Shown here: positions 19,161 through 27,900 of the stretch, in pieces
How positions within the stretch are numbered: the first letter of the stretch is position 1
Layout: each line of letters begins with the position of its first letter
Assembly: GCA_051646185.1 (NCBI GenBank)
Contig: JBOFCS010000055.1
Coordinates: forward strand, 1 to 56,948
Direction of reading: 5' to 3'
Length of the DNA stretch: 56,948 nucleotides
Source: Mycobacteriaceae bacterium
Lineage (GTDB): Bacteria; Actinomycetota; Actinomycetes; Mycobacteriales; Mycobacteriaceae
Notes under the pieces: model-generated
Seen by the model: the letters and a program-made list of their open reading frames with translations, nothing else
Told to the model about the DNA's origin: nothing
Databases searched by the model: none
Translations under genes and position numbers: made by a program

Positions 19161-20435
19161 TCAGCCCACAAATCTTCGTAGTACTTGTTTTAGTGGCGTG
19201 GGTTTTATTCCCTGTTTTGCCAACTCGCGGCGCACTTTCCAGCGAGTAATCAGCACTCCCAAAGCAGCGATGCCCCAGATAGGGTACTGCAAAAGCCAGG
19301 CTAATCGGAATGCGTCAAAGGAATACCCGCCCTGCCAATCCAGCACTAAGCCCATCGCTTCAATAAGTAATAGCGAGGCCAAAAACCCACCAACATTCAC
19401 AATCCCCTGGGCTGTGCCAATGGTCAAAGGCTCGTTAAACGTCCGAGCATAGTCAAACCCAATCATCGAACCTGGGCCGCCCACTGAGATCACCACAATA
19501 AGAAGCACTAATAACCATAGGGGTGCCGGACCAGAAAGACACAAAACCGTGGTCCACAGTGCTGCATTTGATCCCATAATGGCAAGCACTAACCAGGATC
19601 GGCGGAAGGGGAATCGTCCCGTCAGATAGCCAAGTATGGGCCCAGAACTGATGATGGCCATGACCGATACTGTTAAGAGACTCCCTGCGGTGGTAATGGA
19701 AAGCTCTTGAGCAGAAACTAAATAGGGAACTCCCCACATGAGTACAAATGTGGTGATCGAAAATTGGGTTCCCATATGGCTGAAAAACCCTAATCGAGTA
19801 CCAGGTCGCATCCATACTTGCTTTATCTGCTGACCAATTGTTTGTTGAGTGAGTATTGCTCGAGGTTTTACTGTGCCAGAAGGGGTATCAACGATGATAA
19901 GCAGAACAAGTACCCCAGACAATGCGGTAAGTGCAGCGATACTGACAAAAGCGGTGCTCCAACCGGCACTACGTAATACCGCAAGTAGTGGGATGGCTGA
20001 GAGCACTTGTCCAAGTTGTCCAACAATTCCAGTAATTTGGGCCATCACTGGCACTTTAGTGCTGGGAAACCATGCGGTGACCAGCCGAAGTACCGAAATA
20101 AAGGTAAATGCATCGCCAATTCCCACCAGGATTCGTGCGATTGCCACCTGGGGTATCTGCTCCGATACCGCTAGAAGCGCTTGCCCTGCCGACATTGTTA
20201 AGGCACCAATGGCAATCATGATTCGTGAACCATATTTATCTAGAAGCAAGCCAGCAGGGATTTGCAGACCGGCATATACCACCATCTGTAATACAACAAA
20301 GGTGGATAACCATGAGGCATTTACCTGAAACCGCTCGGCAGCTTGCACTCCGGAAACCCCAAAAGAGGTGCGGTTCAAAACTGAAATTGTGTAGGCGATA
20401 ACACCAACCGACCAAATAAGCCAGAGACGTTTCAC
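19161..20435 (-). CDS. MFS transporter
   Basis: 424 aa with 12 TM helices. MFS loop motif LLDKYGSRIMI between TM2 and TM3. Confidence 0.8.
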   Translation of the reverse strand: MKRLWLIWSVGVIAYTISVLNRTSFGVSGVQAAERFQVNASWLSTFVVLQMVVYAGLQIPAGLLLDKYGSRIMIAIGALTMSAGQALLAVSEQIPQVAIARILVGIGDAFTFISVLRLVTAWFPSTKVPVMAQITGIVGQLGQVLSAIPLLAVLRSAGWSTAFVSIAALTALSGVLVLLIIVDTPSGTVKPRAILTQQTIGQQIKQVWMRPGTRLGFFSHMGTQFSITTFVLMWGVPYLVSAQELSITTAGSLLTVSVMAIISSGPILGYLTGRFPFRRSWLVLAIMGSNAALWTTVLCLSGPAPLWLLVLLIVVISVGGPGSMIGFDYARTFNEPLTIGTAQGIVNVGGFLASLLLIEAMGLVLDWQGGYSFDAFRLAWLLQYPIWGIAALGVLITRWKVRRELAKQGIKPTPLKQVLRRFVG

Positions 20436-20553
20436 AGAATAAACCTACAGTGATGATGCATGGAATAACCAATTGTCGGTGTCTTTGGTAATACTGTGTC
20501 GTGGTAATACTGTGAACTCTGTAATGACGTTTATCTTTTGAGGAGCTGTACCT

Positions 20554-21654
20554 GTGCCTTTTGCTGATGAGTTACTCAGCCGCTCGACGGTAACTGAGCT
20601 TGCCGCGATTTTACAGGGTGCTCAGGCTGGGTTGAGTGTTCCTACACTCAATAGCATCAATGGCACCTTATCGGGCACACTCAAGCAAAGACGGGAAGCC
20701 ATCACCGAAGCCTTACTTGCTGATCTTCCACAGGATTTCTTGGTACTACAGAGTCTTATAACAAAAGCCTTAGAGAACAACAGCTTTACTGGCTGGATGA
20801 TCTGGCCGGTCACTGAAGCAGTGGCGGAGCACGCAGTGGCATTCTCAGATAAGACTTTTGAGCAGGGTTTGGAATTATTGGCAACACTTACCCCTAGGCT
20901 TACTTCTGAATTTGCGCTGCGATCCTTCCTTATTGCCGATACGAGCCGTACTTTACAGGTAGTGCATAGTTGGGTGAATCATCCTGATGAACATGTTCGC
21001 CGGTTGGCTAGTGAAGGCACCCGCAATCGCTTACCCTGGGGCAAGCAGGTACCTCAATTGCGTCATGACCTGCACGCCACCGTCAGCATAATTGATGCTC
21101 TGTACCGTGACCCTTCAGAATATGTGCGGCGTTCGGTGGCAAATCATCTTAATGATCTTAGTCATCTTAATTCTCGGCTTGCTGTGCAGGTAGCTAGCCG
21201 GTGGTTAAGTGCCCCAGATAAATTCACCATGAAATTGGTCACCCATGCGTTGCGTACCTTAATTAAGCAGGGGGATCAAAAGGCTTTGGCGTTATTGGGT
21301 TTTAGTTCAGCAAAAAATCTTCACATCAGCGGACCCACACTGTCTACCAAAGAAGTTTCCTTAGGCGAATCCTTGAATTTTTCTTACTGCATTACCAATA
21401 CTGGCAATCAAGCAACACGCCTTGCGGTGGACTATCTGGTATATCACCGTAAAGCCAATGGCACTGTGACACCTAAGGTTTTTAAACTCACCACCAAAGA
21501 ACTTGCTCCCGGCGAACAGCTGAGTGGGTCAAAAACTCATTCATTTAGGGTCATCACGACCCGCACCTACTACCCTGGTCAACATGCTATTGCGTTACAA
21601 GTTAACGGGGCAATAAGTGCCGAAGCCGCTTTTACACTTCACACCACATCTTAG
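20554..21654 (+). CDS. DNA alkylation repair protein family (HEAT-like repeat, COG4335-like)
   Basis: HPDEHVRRLASEGTRNRLPWGKQVPQL and DPSEYVRRSVANHLNDLS repeats are typical of this family. GTG start. Confidence 0.65.
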   Translation: MPFADELLSRSTVTELAAILQGAQAGLSVPTLNSINGTLSGTLKQRREAITEALLADLPQDFLVLQSLITKALENNSFTGWMIWPVTEAVAEHAVAFSDKTFEQGLELLATLTPRLTSEFALRSFLIADTSRTLQVVHSWVNHPDEHVRRLASEGTRNRLPWGKQVPQLRHDLHATVSIIDALYRDPSEYVRRSVANHLNDLSHLNSRLAVQVASRWLSAPDKFTMKLVTHALRTLIKQGDQKALALLGFSSAKNLHISGPTLSTKEVSLGESLNFSYCITNTGNQATRLAVDYLVYHRKANGTVTPKVFKLTTKELAPGEQLSGSKTHSFRVITTRTYYPGQHAIALQVNGAISAEAAFTLHTTS

Positions 21655-23366
21655 CGTGAGGAATCAAAGGTGATTCGCACCGAAATAGGGTCGCTTTGTA
21701 GTGCTTTTAATGTTACTGAAGATAATTGTGAACCGATTTTTCCTTTCATAAAGGTACGACCACGGGCATCTACATCATCTTCTGGATGAAATTCTGCGGT
21801 GCCGCTGAGCCATTTCCCGCGATGCTTTAAGCGCACCTTGGGATTATCGGTGATGTTGTAGGCCCATCCGGCACGACGGCCATGTTGCGAAATAAGCCAA
21901 GCCCCAGTGCTATCAACGTTTACCGATACTGGCACTACCCGGGGCTGTCCGGATTTGCGGCCAATAGTTTCTAGTTCAGCCATAATTGCCGGTCGAATAC
22001 CAATTTTTGCTAATCCCAGGGTTAATGGGTTAGCAAAATAGCGACCAACTATGCGTTCCCTGTGAAATTTTTTGATTGCCCGCTGGGTTGCCGGATTACT
22101 CATAGCTGTTTTTCCTCGCTGTTGTCGGAAGCCACTGGTGCCATTTGTTTTTACGATATATCCCATTGTTTTCCACAGTGGGCGATTAAGATCTGGGTCT
22201 TTGCCCTCTCCTATAAGGTGAATCTGGTTGGCATGCCATTGGATATCTAAGGCCCCATTAATAACTTTGGTATCAATGAATTGTGCTAGCGGTTTGGGTA
22301 CAGACAGTTCGATGGTCCGTACATCAAGTTTTGCTGTTGGTGATTCAAAAATAATTTTTGCCGCTTCTGGGGTGGTGCAGGCTGGCCGACCAATACCCAC
22401 CAAGTCACAGGCTTTGCTGGCTACTGCTTCTTCCATCGCCAATCGGGAGCGGAATCCACCAGTGACGGCTAATACGCTTGTAGTGGCGATGGATCGGACT
22501 GTCTGGGCATATTCAAGAAAGTAGGCTTCCCGGTCTCGGGTGGATTGGGATTTTCCGCCGACCATCATGGCTGGGCTTTCGTAGGTACCACCGCTGATTT
22601 CAATAAGGTCAACGGCTTCTTCGTTGAGTGCGGCCACAACGGCTCGAGATTCTTCTTCAGTGAATCCGCCACGCTGGAAGTCTGCGGAGTTGAGTTTTAC
22701 TCCCACTCCGAAGCTTGGGCTCACCGTTGCACGTATCCGCCGGACTATTTCTAGTAAAAACTGGGATCGTGCAGTGATATCTCCGCCCCATTTGTCGGTA
22801 CGTTGGTTGGATAGTGGGGAAAGGAATTGAGCCACTAGGTAACCGTGCGCTCCATGAATTTGCACCCCGTTGAATCCAGAAGCTTCAGCAATAGCTGCGG
22901 TGATAACAAAGCGTTCGATAATTGCTTCTATCTCTGCTCCGCTGAGCGCCCGCGGGGTACGCGTACCAGGAATACTGGTTCCTATTGCACTGGGAGCTAC
23001 GGGAATACGGTCTGCTACTAATGGATTTGCTTGACGTCCAGGATGATTAATTTGCATCCAGATCGCAGCTCCCCCGTCTTGGGTGGTTTTTGCCCACCGA
23101 GTAAGCCCTTCGATATCACGATCATCTTCAACAACAACATTACCCACTTCGCCTTGCTGGGAGCGGTCAACCATAACGTTGCCGGTTACTACTAAGCCAT
23201 AACCGCCAGCTCCCCAACGTTGGTAGAGTCGTTCTAGTCGGGGGGTTGGGGAATGGAGCGAGTCACCCAGGGTTTCACTCATCGCCGATTTCATTAGCCG
23301 GTTGGACAGTATTTGTCCACAGGGAAGTTCGAGTGGTTCGATTAACGCTGAGGTTACAGTTGGCAC
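21651..23366 (-). CDS. Fusion protein: Old-Yellow-Enzyme-type NADH:flavin oxidoreductase + C-terminal DUF385 (deazaflavin-dependent nitroreductase-like) domain
   Basis: OYE motifs LSNRLMKSAMSE and HGAHGYLVAQFLSPLSNQRTD. The C-terminal ~140 aa (ETIGRKSGQPRVVPVSVNVDSTGAWLISQHGRRAGWAYNITDNPKVRL) are DUF385/Ddn-like. Start placed at GTG 23366 (AAGGA SD 6 nt upstream); the ORF-track extension overlaps the divergent TetR gene. Confidence 0.7.
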   Translation of the reverse strand: MPTVTSALIEPLELPCGQILSNRLMKSAMSETLGDSLHSPTPRLERLYQRWGAGGYGLVVTGNVMVDRSQQGEVGNVVVEDDRDIEGLTRWAKTTQDGGAAIWMQINHPGRQANPLVADRIPVAPSAIGTSIPGTRTPRALSGAEIEAIIERFVITAAIAEASGFNGVQIHGAHGYLVAQFLSPLSNQRTDKWGGDITARSQFLLEIVRRIRATVSPSFGVGVKLNSADFQRGGFTEEESRAVVAALNEEAVDLIEISGGTYESPAMMVGGKSQSTRDREAYFLEYAQTVRSIATTSVLAVTGGFRSRLAMEEAVASKACDLVGIGRPACTTPEAAKIIFESPTAKLDVRTIELSVPKPLAQFIDTKVINGALDIQWHANQIHLIGEGKDPDLNRPLWKTMGYIVKTNGTSGFRQQRGKTAMSNPATQRAIKKFHRERIVGRYFANPLTLGLAKIGIRPAIMAELETIGRKSGQPRVVPVSVNVDSTGAWLISQHGRRAGWAYNITDNPKVRLKHRGKWLSGTAEFHPEDDVDARGRTFMKGKIGSQLSSVTLKALQSDPISVRITFDSSR

Positions 23367-23499
23367 ACAATATCCTTGGTCAGTGTCAGTCACCGGTGTA
23401 GGGCTGACAAATTTTGTTTTTACTGCGGTATGTATTGCAACGTAGTAGACTGATCGTACTACCGCAAGGGTTTGTGCAACTTTTTTTAAGGAGCAGAAG

Positions 23500-24072
23500 A
23501 TGCAAAGTCCCCGCGAGCGACTCATCGAAGCAACCGTTGCCCTCATGAGCGAAGGTGGGGTCAGCGGCACCGGGATTTCAGAGATATTACAGCTCAGTGG
23601 CACCGCACGGCGATCTGTTTACCAAAATTTCCCGGCCGGCAAGACCCAACTTGTTGCCGAAGCCGCCCGTTCTGCTGGCGACCGAGCCAGTGCTTTATTT
23701 GCTGTTTTTACCGATAACAGCAACCCGTTAGAGAGTCTGACAACTTTTGCTGACGTATGGCGGGCCGGGCTGACACACAGTAATTTTGCGGCCGGCTGCC
23801 CCATCGTTGCGGCAGCATTAGCCGGAAAAGCAGCACCGGAAGCTACAGCTGTGGCCGCTGATATTTTTCGTGACTGGGAACACCTGCTTATCAAGCAGTT
23901 GCTTGGCGTTGGAATAGCCGAGCACACTGCGCTATCGCTCGCCACCACCGTTGTCTGCGCCATTGAAGGAGCCGTGATTATGGCTATTGCCAAAAAATCA
24001 GTTGTCCCTGTAGATCGGGTAGAAAAAAGCCTAAAAGAATTGCTTACTATCCATACAACTGTGGTTGGATAA
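23500..24072 (+). CDS. TetR-family transcriptional regulator
   Basis: N-terminal HTH (RERLIEATVALMSEGGVSGTGISEILQLSGTARRSVYQNF). Divergent from the OYE-fusion gene. Confidence 0.8.
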   Translation: MQSPRERLIEATVALMSEGGVSGTGISEILQLSGTARRSVYQNFPAGKTQLVAEAARSAGDRASALFAVFTDNSNPLESLTTFADVWRAGLTHSNFAAGCPIVAAALAGKAAPEATAVAADIFRDWEHLLIKQLLGVGIAEHTALSLATTVVCAIEGAVIMAIAKKSVVPVDRVEKSLKELLTIHTTVVG

Positions 24073-24115
24073 CCTAAGATACGGTATTAGCACAGGAGTT
24101 CAGGGAGGGCAAGAG

Positions 24116-24232
24116 ATGAACCGATCCTCATCTGCGCTGTTGCTTCGACTCGGTGCAGGAGCAGTAACGCTTATTGTTGGCTCATCTGTTACTCCTGTCC
24201 TCGGAGATTGGAATGACCCTAACCACCCATGA
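24116..24232 (+). CDS. Small ORF (38 aa), signal-peptide/TM-like, translationally coupled to the next ORF
   Basis: Below the ORF-track size cutoff. GGGAGGG SD 6 nt upstream of ATG 24116. Peptide MNRSSSALLLRLGAGAVTLIVGSSVTPVLGDWNDPNHP. Its TGA overlaps ATG 24229 as ATGA. It could instead be the frameshifted N-terminus of the next ORF. Confidence 0.35.
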   Translation: MNRSSSALLLRLGAGAVTLIVGSSVTPVLGDWNDPNHP

Positions 24233-24606
24233 GTACTCCTAACCCAGAAGATGAGTTGCCGCCATTGCGTGGCCCTTTCGCCGACGGTGCTTGGACGATA
24301 GATGTGCCGTCGATGCTTTCCGCACATATCGAGGCACGTGAGAAGTTTCAGAAAATTTTGGAGGGTATTCCCAAAACTGTTCTTGTTACTGATACTTCAG
24401 CAACAGTTCGGACCCCCACCGGAGCCGAAGTGCCACAACTGAAGATGGTGGAAAATTTTGCGCACACTCTTATCCAAAATTTTATCGACAGGATAGGTGT
24501 GTGGAATGAAGATTTAACTGACCGCTTCGCTGAACTCAATATGATTGCCGATCAAATCCGCGTCGCTGTCGAAGAAGAACGGCGAAAAAAACCGGAAGGG
24601 AAGTAG
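24229..24606 (+). CDS. Hypothetical protein (125 aa), no recognisable motif
   Basis: Clean ORF ending 35 nt before the degenerate terminal repeat of CRISPR array 1. Acidic and predicted helical. Confidence 0.45.
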   Translation: MSTPNPEDELPPLRGPFADGAWTIDVPSMLSAHIEAREKFQKILEGIPKTVLVTDTSATVRTPTGAEVPQLKMVENFAHTLIQNFIDRIGVWNEDLTDRFAELNMIADQIRVAVEEERRKKPEGK

Positions 24607-24641
24607 AGCGAACTTTCACGCAGCAATCTACTGAAAGTTGT

Positions 24642-25109
24642 TTTGCTATTCACCTTTTGGCGAGACCTTCTATCGAACTTGCGCTCTGGCGGATTATGCG
24701 AGGTCAGAATATGTTTCTATTCGCCTTTTGGCGAGACCTTCTATTGAACTGGGGGATCATTGTATGACCCGACTGATCCACCAGGGTTTCTATTCGCCTT
24801 TTGGCGAGACCTTCTATTGAACAAGACGGCCCTGTGACGGACGTCGATATTGAGCGGTTTCTATTCGCCTTTTGGCGAGACCTTCTATTGAACAGCAAAC
24901 ACTCTCGGGCTTGCTGAGTTCGGTGCGCGTTTCTATTCGCCTTTTGGCGAGACCTTCTATTGAACGCGCATTAATCTGGTCTGCAAGGTATTTCGTGGTT
25001 TCTATTCGCCTTTTGGCGAGACCTTCTATTGAACTATTCAATTCCCATCTATAGTAAATGTAAGTTTATTTCGTTTCTATTCGCCTTTTGGCGAGACCTT
25101 CTATTGAAC
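24642..25109 (-). CRISPR. CRISPR array 1: 7 repeats (37 nt) / 6 spacers, transcribed on the minus strand
   Basis: Plus-strand repeat GTTTCTATTCGCCTTTTGGCGAGACCTTCTATTGAAC starts at 24713, 24786, 24857, 24929, 24998 and 25073. A degenerate copy (3 mismatches) lies at 24642. Spacer lengths are 34, 36, 34, 35, 32 and 38 nt. Orientation follows from the degenerate repeat at the low-coordinate end, the conserved leader at the high-coordinate end, and a transcribed repeat ending in ATAGAAAC. Confidence 0.95.
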
Positions 25110-25288
25110 CCTACCCCAAAAACATGCCACTTGACCAGCCCCAATACCAACGGTATGTACACCACCCCCAAAAAACCTCACCTGAACACCCGACCAACAC
25201 CCCAAAAAACACCAAAAGCACAGGTCAAAGCCGGTGCACACCAAACCCCATTTCCGCCCATCCGCGAACCACCCTCCATCCACAAGTT
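25110..25288 (-). promoter_or_regulatory. CRISPR leader of array 1
   Basis: About 179 nt abutting the consensus repeat, nearly identical (about 9 mismatches by eye) to 34782..34960 next to array 2. Starts about 36 nt after the cmr1 stop. Confidence 0.7.
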
Positions 25289-25324
25289 GTTCATGGTAAA
25301 TCACACTGCCCACTGGCTTCTCAT

Positions 25325-26530
25325 CTAGCTGGGATGCCCGTTGCGCTTCTTTTTACGACGCCAGAGATTCAATAGCTCAATGAAATCACCTTTGGCTGGT
25401 TGGTCTAAATAAGTTTTGACTCCAGAAACCTTCTTAACTAATTTAGCCCCATCTGGCAACAGTTCAGAATAAAAGACATGGGTAAAAACAATGAATTCAT
25501 TTTTCTCGTTTTGCACTAGTTTAATCCATACCGGGGAAGCACGGCGAAGGCTTTGTTTATTCTTGTCCACGCCCGAAACCATCGCTTTGAATCTGGAACC
25601 TTTTTCGAAATAATTAACCGGCAAACCTAAGCCTGCAACGTCATATCTACGGCCAACTGCCCCAGCCCGAATGCTAGTGATCCATTCTGGACTAAACGAA
25701 TCTTTATTTTGGTGATCATTAGGGGCTTTTCCTAACCGGAAGTTCCTCCAAGAAATTCCTGCTGCATTTAAGACGGTCTCCCAGCTATTCTGATTATTTT
25801 GACTTTCACTTCTGAGCGAGCCACCCCACCATTGATGAGATAGGACTGGAAATTGAGGCAGGGGAAGGTCATCATTAAATTCTTCTCTATTCATTTCACC
25901 CCAGCCTGGGTCTCCCAGTTCTGTAATCCACGGTGGAATAGGATCTTGTTGTAAAGCATTCCAGTCTGGTCTCCAAATTTCGCTACGAGATTGCCAGTTC
26001 CCAGGAAGTGCGCCGACAACTTGAGTGCACTCGATTGCCCCGAACCCCCGGCGGACACGTGCCCCTAAACCCCCATAAATAACCCATGCCCAAATAGCAA
26101 GCATAAGTTGCGAATTGATTTTTTCATCATCGGAAAACCTGAACTCAACGATGAATCGAGATCCTGGATTCACATAAGATCTAGATAACTGCCTTTTACT
26201 TTGATCCCAAAGCCCTTGACCTAAAAGATATTTTATTCCTATTTCAGATGTCCAACGAGGTTCTCTATTGTGAGCAAGACTGGGCTGCGCCCTAACTCTA
26301 ATTGCGATGGAGGAAGGCTTCTTTGTAGAACCAAAAATTGCTTCTTCTGCCTCCCATAGGTCGTTAAGCTCGATAACCCCATGTGCAGCCGCCACCGCAC
26401 GAAACCAATACCGTAAAGCCCCACGAATAGATGGCACCCTAATAGGAGAATCATCTGAATCAGGTCCCGCTTCCGCTCCACCGAATAATGGTGAAACAGT
26501 GGTAAATGTAAATGCTGTCCATGGTTTCAT
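25325..26530 (-). CDS. cmr1: Type III-B RAMP subunit Cmr1
   Basis: 401 aa. N-terminal RAMP signature FTTVSPLFGGAEAG...PSIRGALRYWFRA...IFGS. Second RAMP-like half with a G-rich loop (GGLGARVRRGFG) and RRASPVWIKL. AGGAAG SD. The ATG overlaps the upstream stop (TGATG). Confidence 0.75.
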   Translation of the reverse strand: MKPWTAFTFTTVSPLFGGAEAGPDSDDSPIRVPSIRGALRYWFRAVAAAHGVIELNDLWEAEEAIFGSTKKPSSIAIRVRAQPSLAHNREPRWTSEIGIKYLLGQGLWDQSKRQLSRSYVNPGSRFIVEFRFSDDEKINSQLMLAIWAWVIYGGLGARVRRGFGAIECTQVVGALPGNWQSRSEIWRPDWNALQQDPIPPWITELGDPGWGEMNREEFNDDLPLPQFPVLSHQWWGGSLRSESQNNQNSWETVLNAAGISWRNFRLGKAPNDHQNKDSFSPEWITSIRAGAVGRRYDVAGLGLPVNYFEKGSRFKAMVSGVDKNKQSLRRASPVWIKLVQNEKNEFIVFTHVFYSELLPDGAKLVKKVSGVKTYLDQPAKGDFIELLNLWRRKKKRNGHPS

Positions 26531-27900
26531 CAGCGGCTTCCTCTACTTCGTCGCACTCTACCTAATGGCGCTGTAATCGGCATATCCTGCCACATAATCT
26601 GAACAATTAATCCTGCTGTTAACGACCATCCGGTCATTAACAGCACTACCTTAGCGGGCGCTGCCATCATTTCAGCAGGCATGTCTGGTTCTTGACAAGC
26701 GTCGGAGACCTCTCTTGATTCCCAAACGCTAGTTCCAGGATTATTAAGGCAGTTACCCGCTTCGCCGATTTGTGGGACCACATAAACCAGAACAGGAATG
26801 CTCAGTGCAGCTGCGTACAGGGTAGCTATCCCCCAAACAGCTAAGCCCCTTCCCGCTGCTTTAGGTAAAGATGAACCATGACTGTGACATTCAAAAATTA
26901 TGTAGCACAAAGCAATCACTAATAATACGGCACCCAGTATCCACCCATCCTCAGATTTCCACCATCGAGGAGTTAAAGAAATAAGCAAAGCAAGACCTAC
27001 GGCAATGGTTGCTGGGATACGTAACAGAGAAATTTTGAACCACTTCTCACCAAAATAAAAACCAAGGGACACCGCGAAAATTGCCAACGGGATCAAGGCG
27101 GCAATACAGTGAAATCTATTAGTAAAAAAGAGCGTAATAAGACTTAAAGCCGTGAGAGGTCCGATAAGTAACGCCAAGACAGAATCTCGTTTTGATGAAA
27201 ATTGTATTCGCGTTGCTTCCCACACCGCACCTCTTGGCAACCAGTGTTCTTCAGCAATCTTTACCGAAATTCTTTCATGCTCCATTTTATTCAGACTTGA
27301 ATTTACATCATCACTTTTTGATCCGAGTACAAGCAACTCATCTTTTTTCATTTTTTGAGCCAATTCTGTGGAGATATTCTTTGGGTGAATCCAGCTTATG
27401 GCTTTTAGCTCGGATTCAATCCAATCTTTACCTTCACCGCGAATAGCTAACCAGGGGTCGTCTTCCCACGACGAAAGAATTGTGAGCCAACAATCCCGAG
27501 CATTTCGAGCACATTGTTGTAAAGTTTTTTTACCACTTGACATCTGGCCAAGTGGTCCCGATGCGGCTAAACCAACCTCAGGTAAAGATTCCATCCGCAA
27601 GGGGAGCGTCCAAACCAGGAAGCTAAATCGTGCAGACTTTGAGAATAACTCTTTCGGAATAAAATTGCTGTCAGCATTATCTAACCAACGGGCAAAATGC
27701 ATTAATTCAGTAATAACGTTTTCATCTGATTTTTGGTTCTTCAGTAAGACCATAGGATCTTCAAGAGCTAAAGCTAAATGCTCCTTGTCCATGCCAGTTC
27801 CAACTTCGGGTATACGCACGTCTTCCGAAGACTTACTATCTGAGATTCTCAGAACACTTTTAACATAGTGATGTGTATTTAATTCTTGCTCGCTAATCAT
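26530..27900 (-). CDS. Type III-associated membrane protein: ~238-aa unrecognised cytoplasmic N-domain + 6 TM helices (candidate effector)
   Basis: 456 aa from ATG 27900, which overlaps the CARF stop as ATGA. Hydrophobic segments at about aa 240-260, 263-284, 291-310, 319-337, 352-376 and 415-437. Positive-inside pattern (SSKRD, EKWFK..R, PKAAGR, C-terminal RVRRSRGSR) gives N-in/C-in topology. I recognise no catalytic or family motif. Confidence 0.7.
   Translation of the reverse strand: MISEQELNTHHYVKSVLRISDSKSSEDVRIPEVGTGMDKEHLALALEDPMVLLKNQKSDENVITELMHFARWLDNADSNFIPKELFSKSARFSFLVWTLPLRMESLPEVGLAASGPLGQMSSGKKTLQQCARNARDCWLTILSSWEDDPWLAIRGEGKDWIESELKAISWIHPKNISTELAQKMKKDELLVLGSKSDDVNSSLNKMEHERISVKIAEEHWLPRGAVWEATRIQFSSKRDSVLALLIGPLTALSLITLFFTNRFHCIAALIPLAIFAVSLGFYFGEKWFKISLLRIPATIAVGLALLISLTPRWWKSEDGWILGAVLLVIALCYIIFECHSHGSSLPKAAGRGLAVWGIATLYAAALSIPVLVYVVPQIGEAGNCLNNPGTSVWESREVSDACQEPDMPAEMMAAPAKVVLLMTGWSLTAGLIVQIMWQDMPITAPLGRVRRSRGSR

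Noticed and set aside
23442-23462. GTAGTA-N9-TACTAC inverted repeat between the OYE-fusion and TetR genes as a TetR operator
   Set aside because: With only 6-bp arms it is easily a chance occurrence, so it is not reported as a feature.
23367-23603. N-terminal extension of the OYE-fusion ORF overlapping the divergent TetR gene
   Set aside because: It would overlap the TetR coding region by more than 100 nt on the opposite strand. GTG 23366 with an AAGGA SD sits just before the conserved OYE N-terminus.
24638-25054. ORF-track ORFs on both strands across array 1 (24638..24820, 24704..24898, 24814..25041, 24872..25054) with recurring peptides such as SIEGLAKRRIET / FYSPFGETFY
   Set aside because: They are translations of the 37-nt CRISPR repeat in different frames. 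The periodic identical peptides are the signature of an array, not of genes.
25029-25375. Pro/Thr/His-rich ORFs in the leaders (25029..25328, 25088..25375, 25101..25313, and 34715..34993, 34773..34955, 34906..35091)
   Set aside because: They lie in the duplicated non-coding leader. The low-complexity C/A-rich sequence gives open frames on both strands, there is no SD, and the two copies differ by substitutions without frame conservation.
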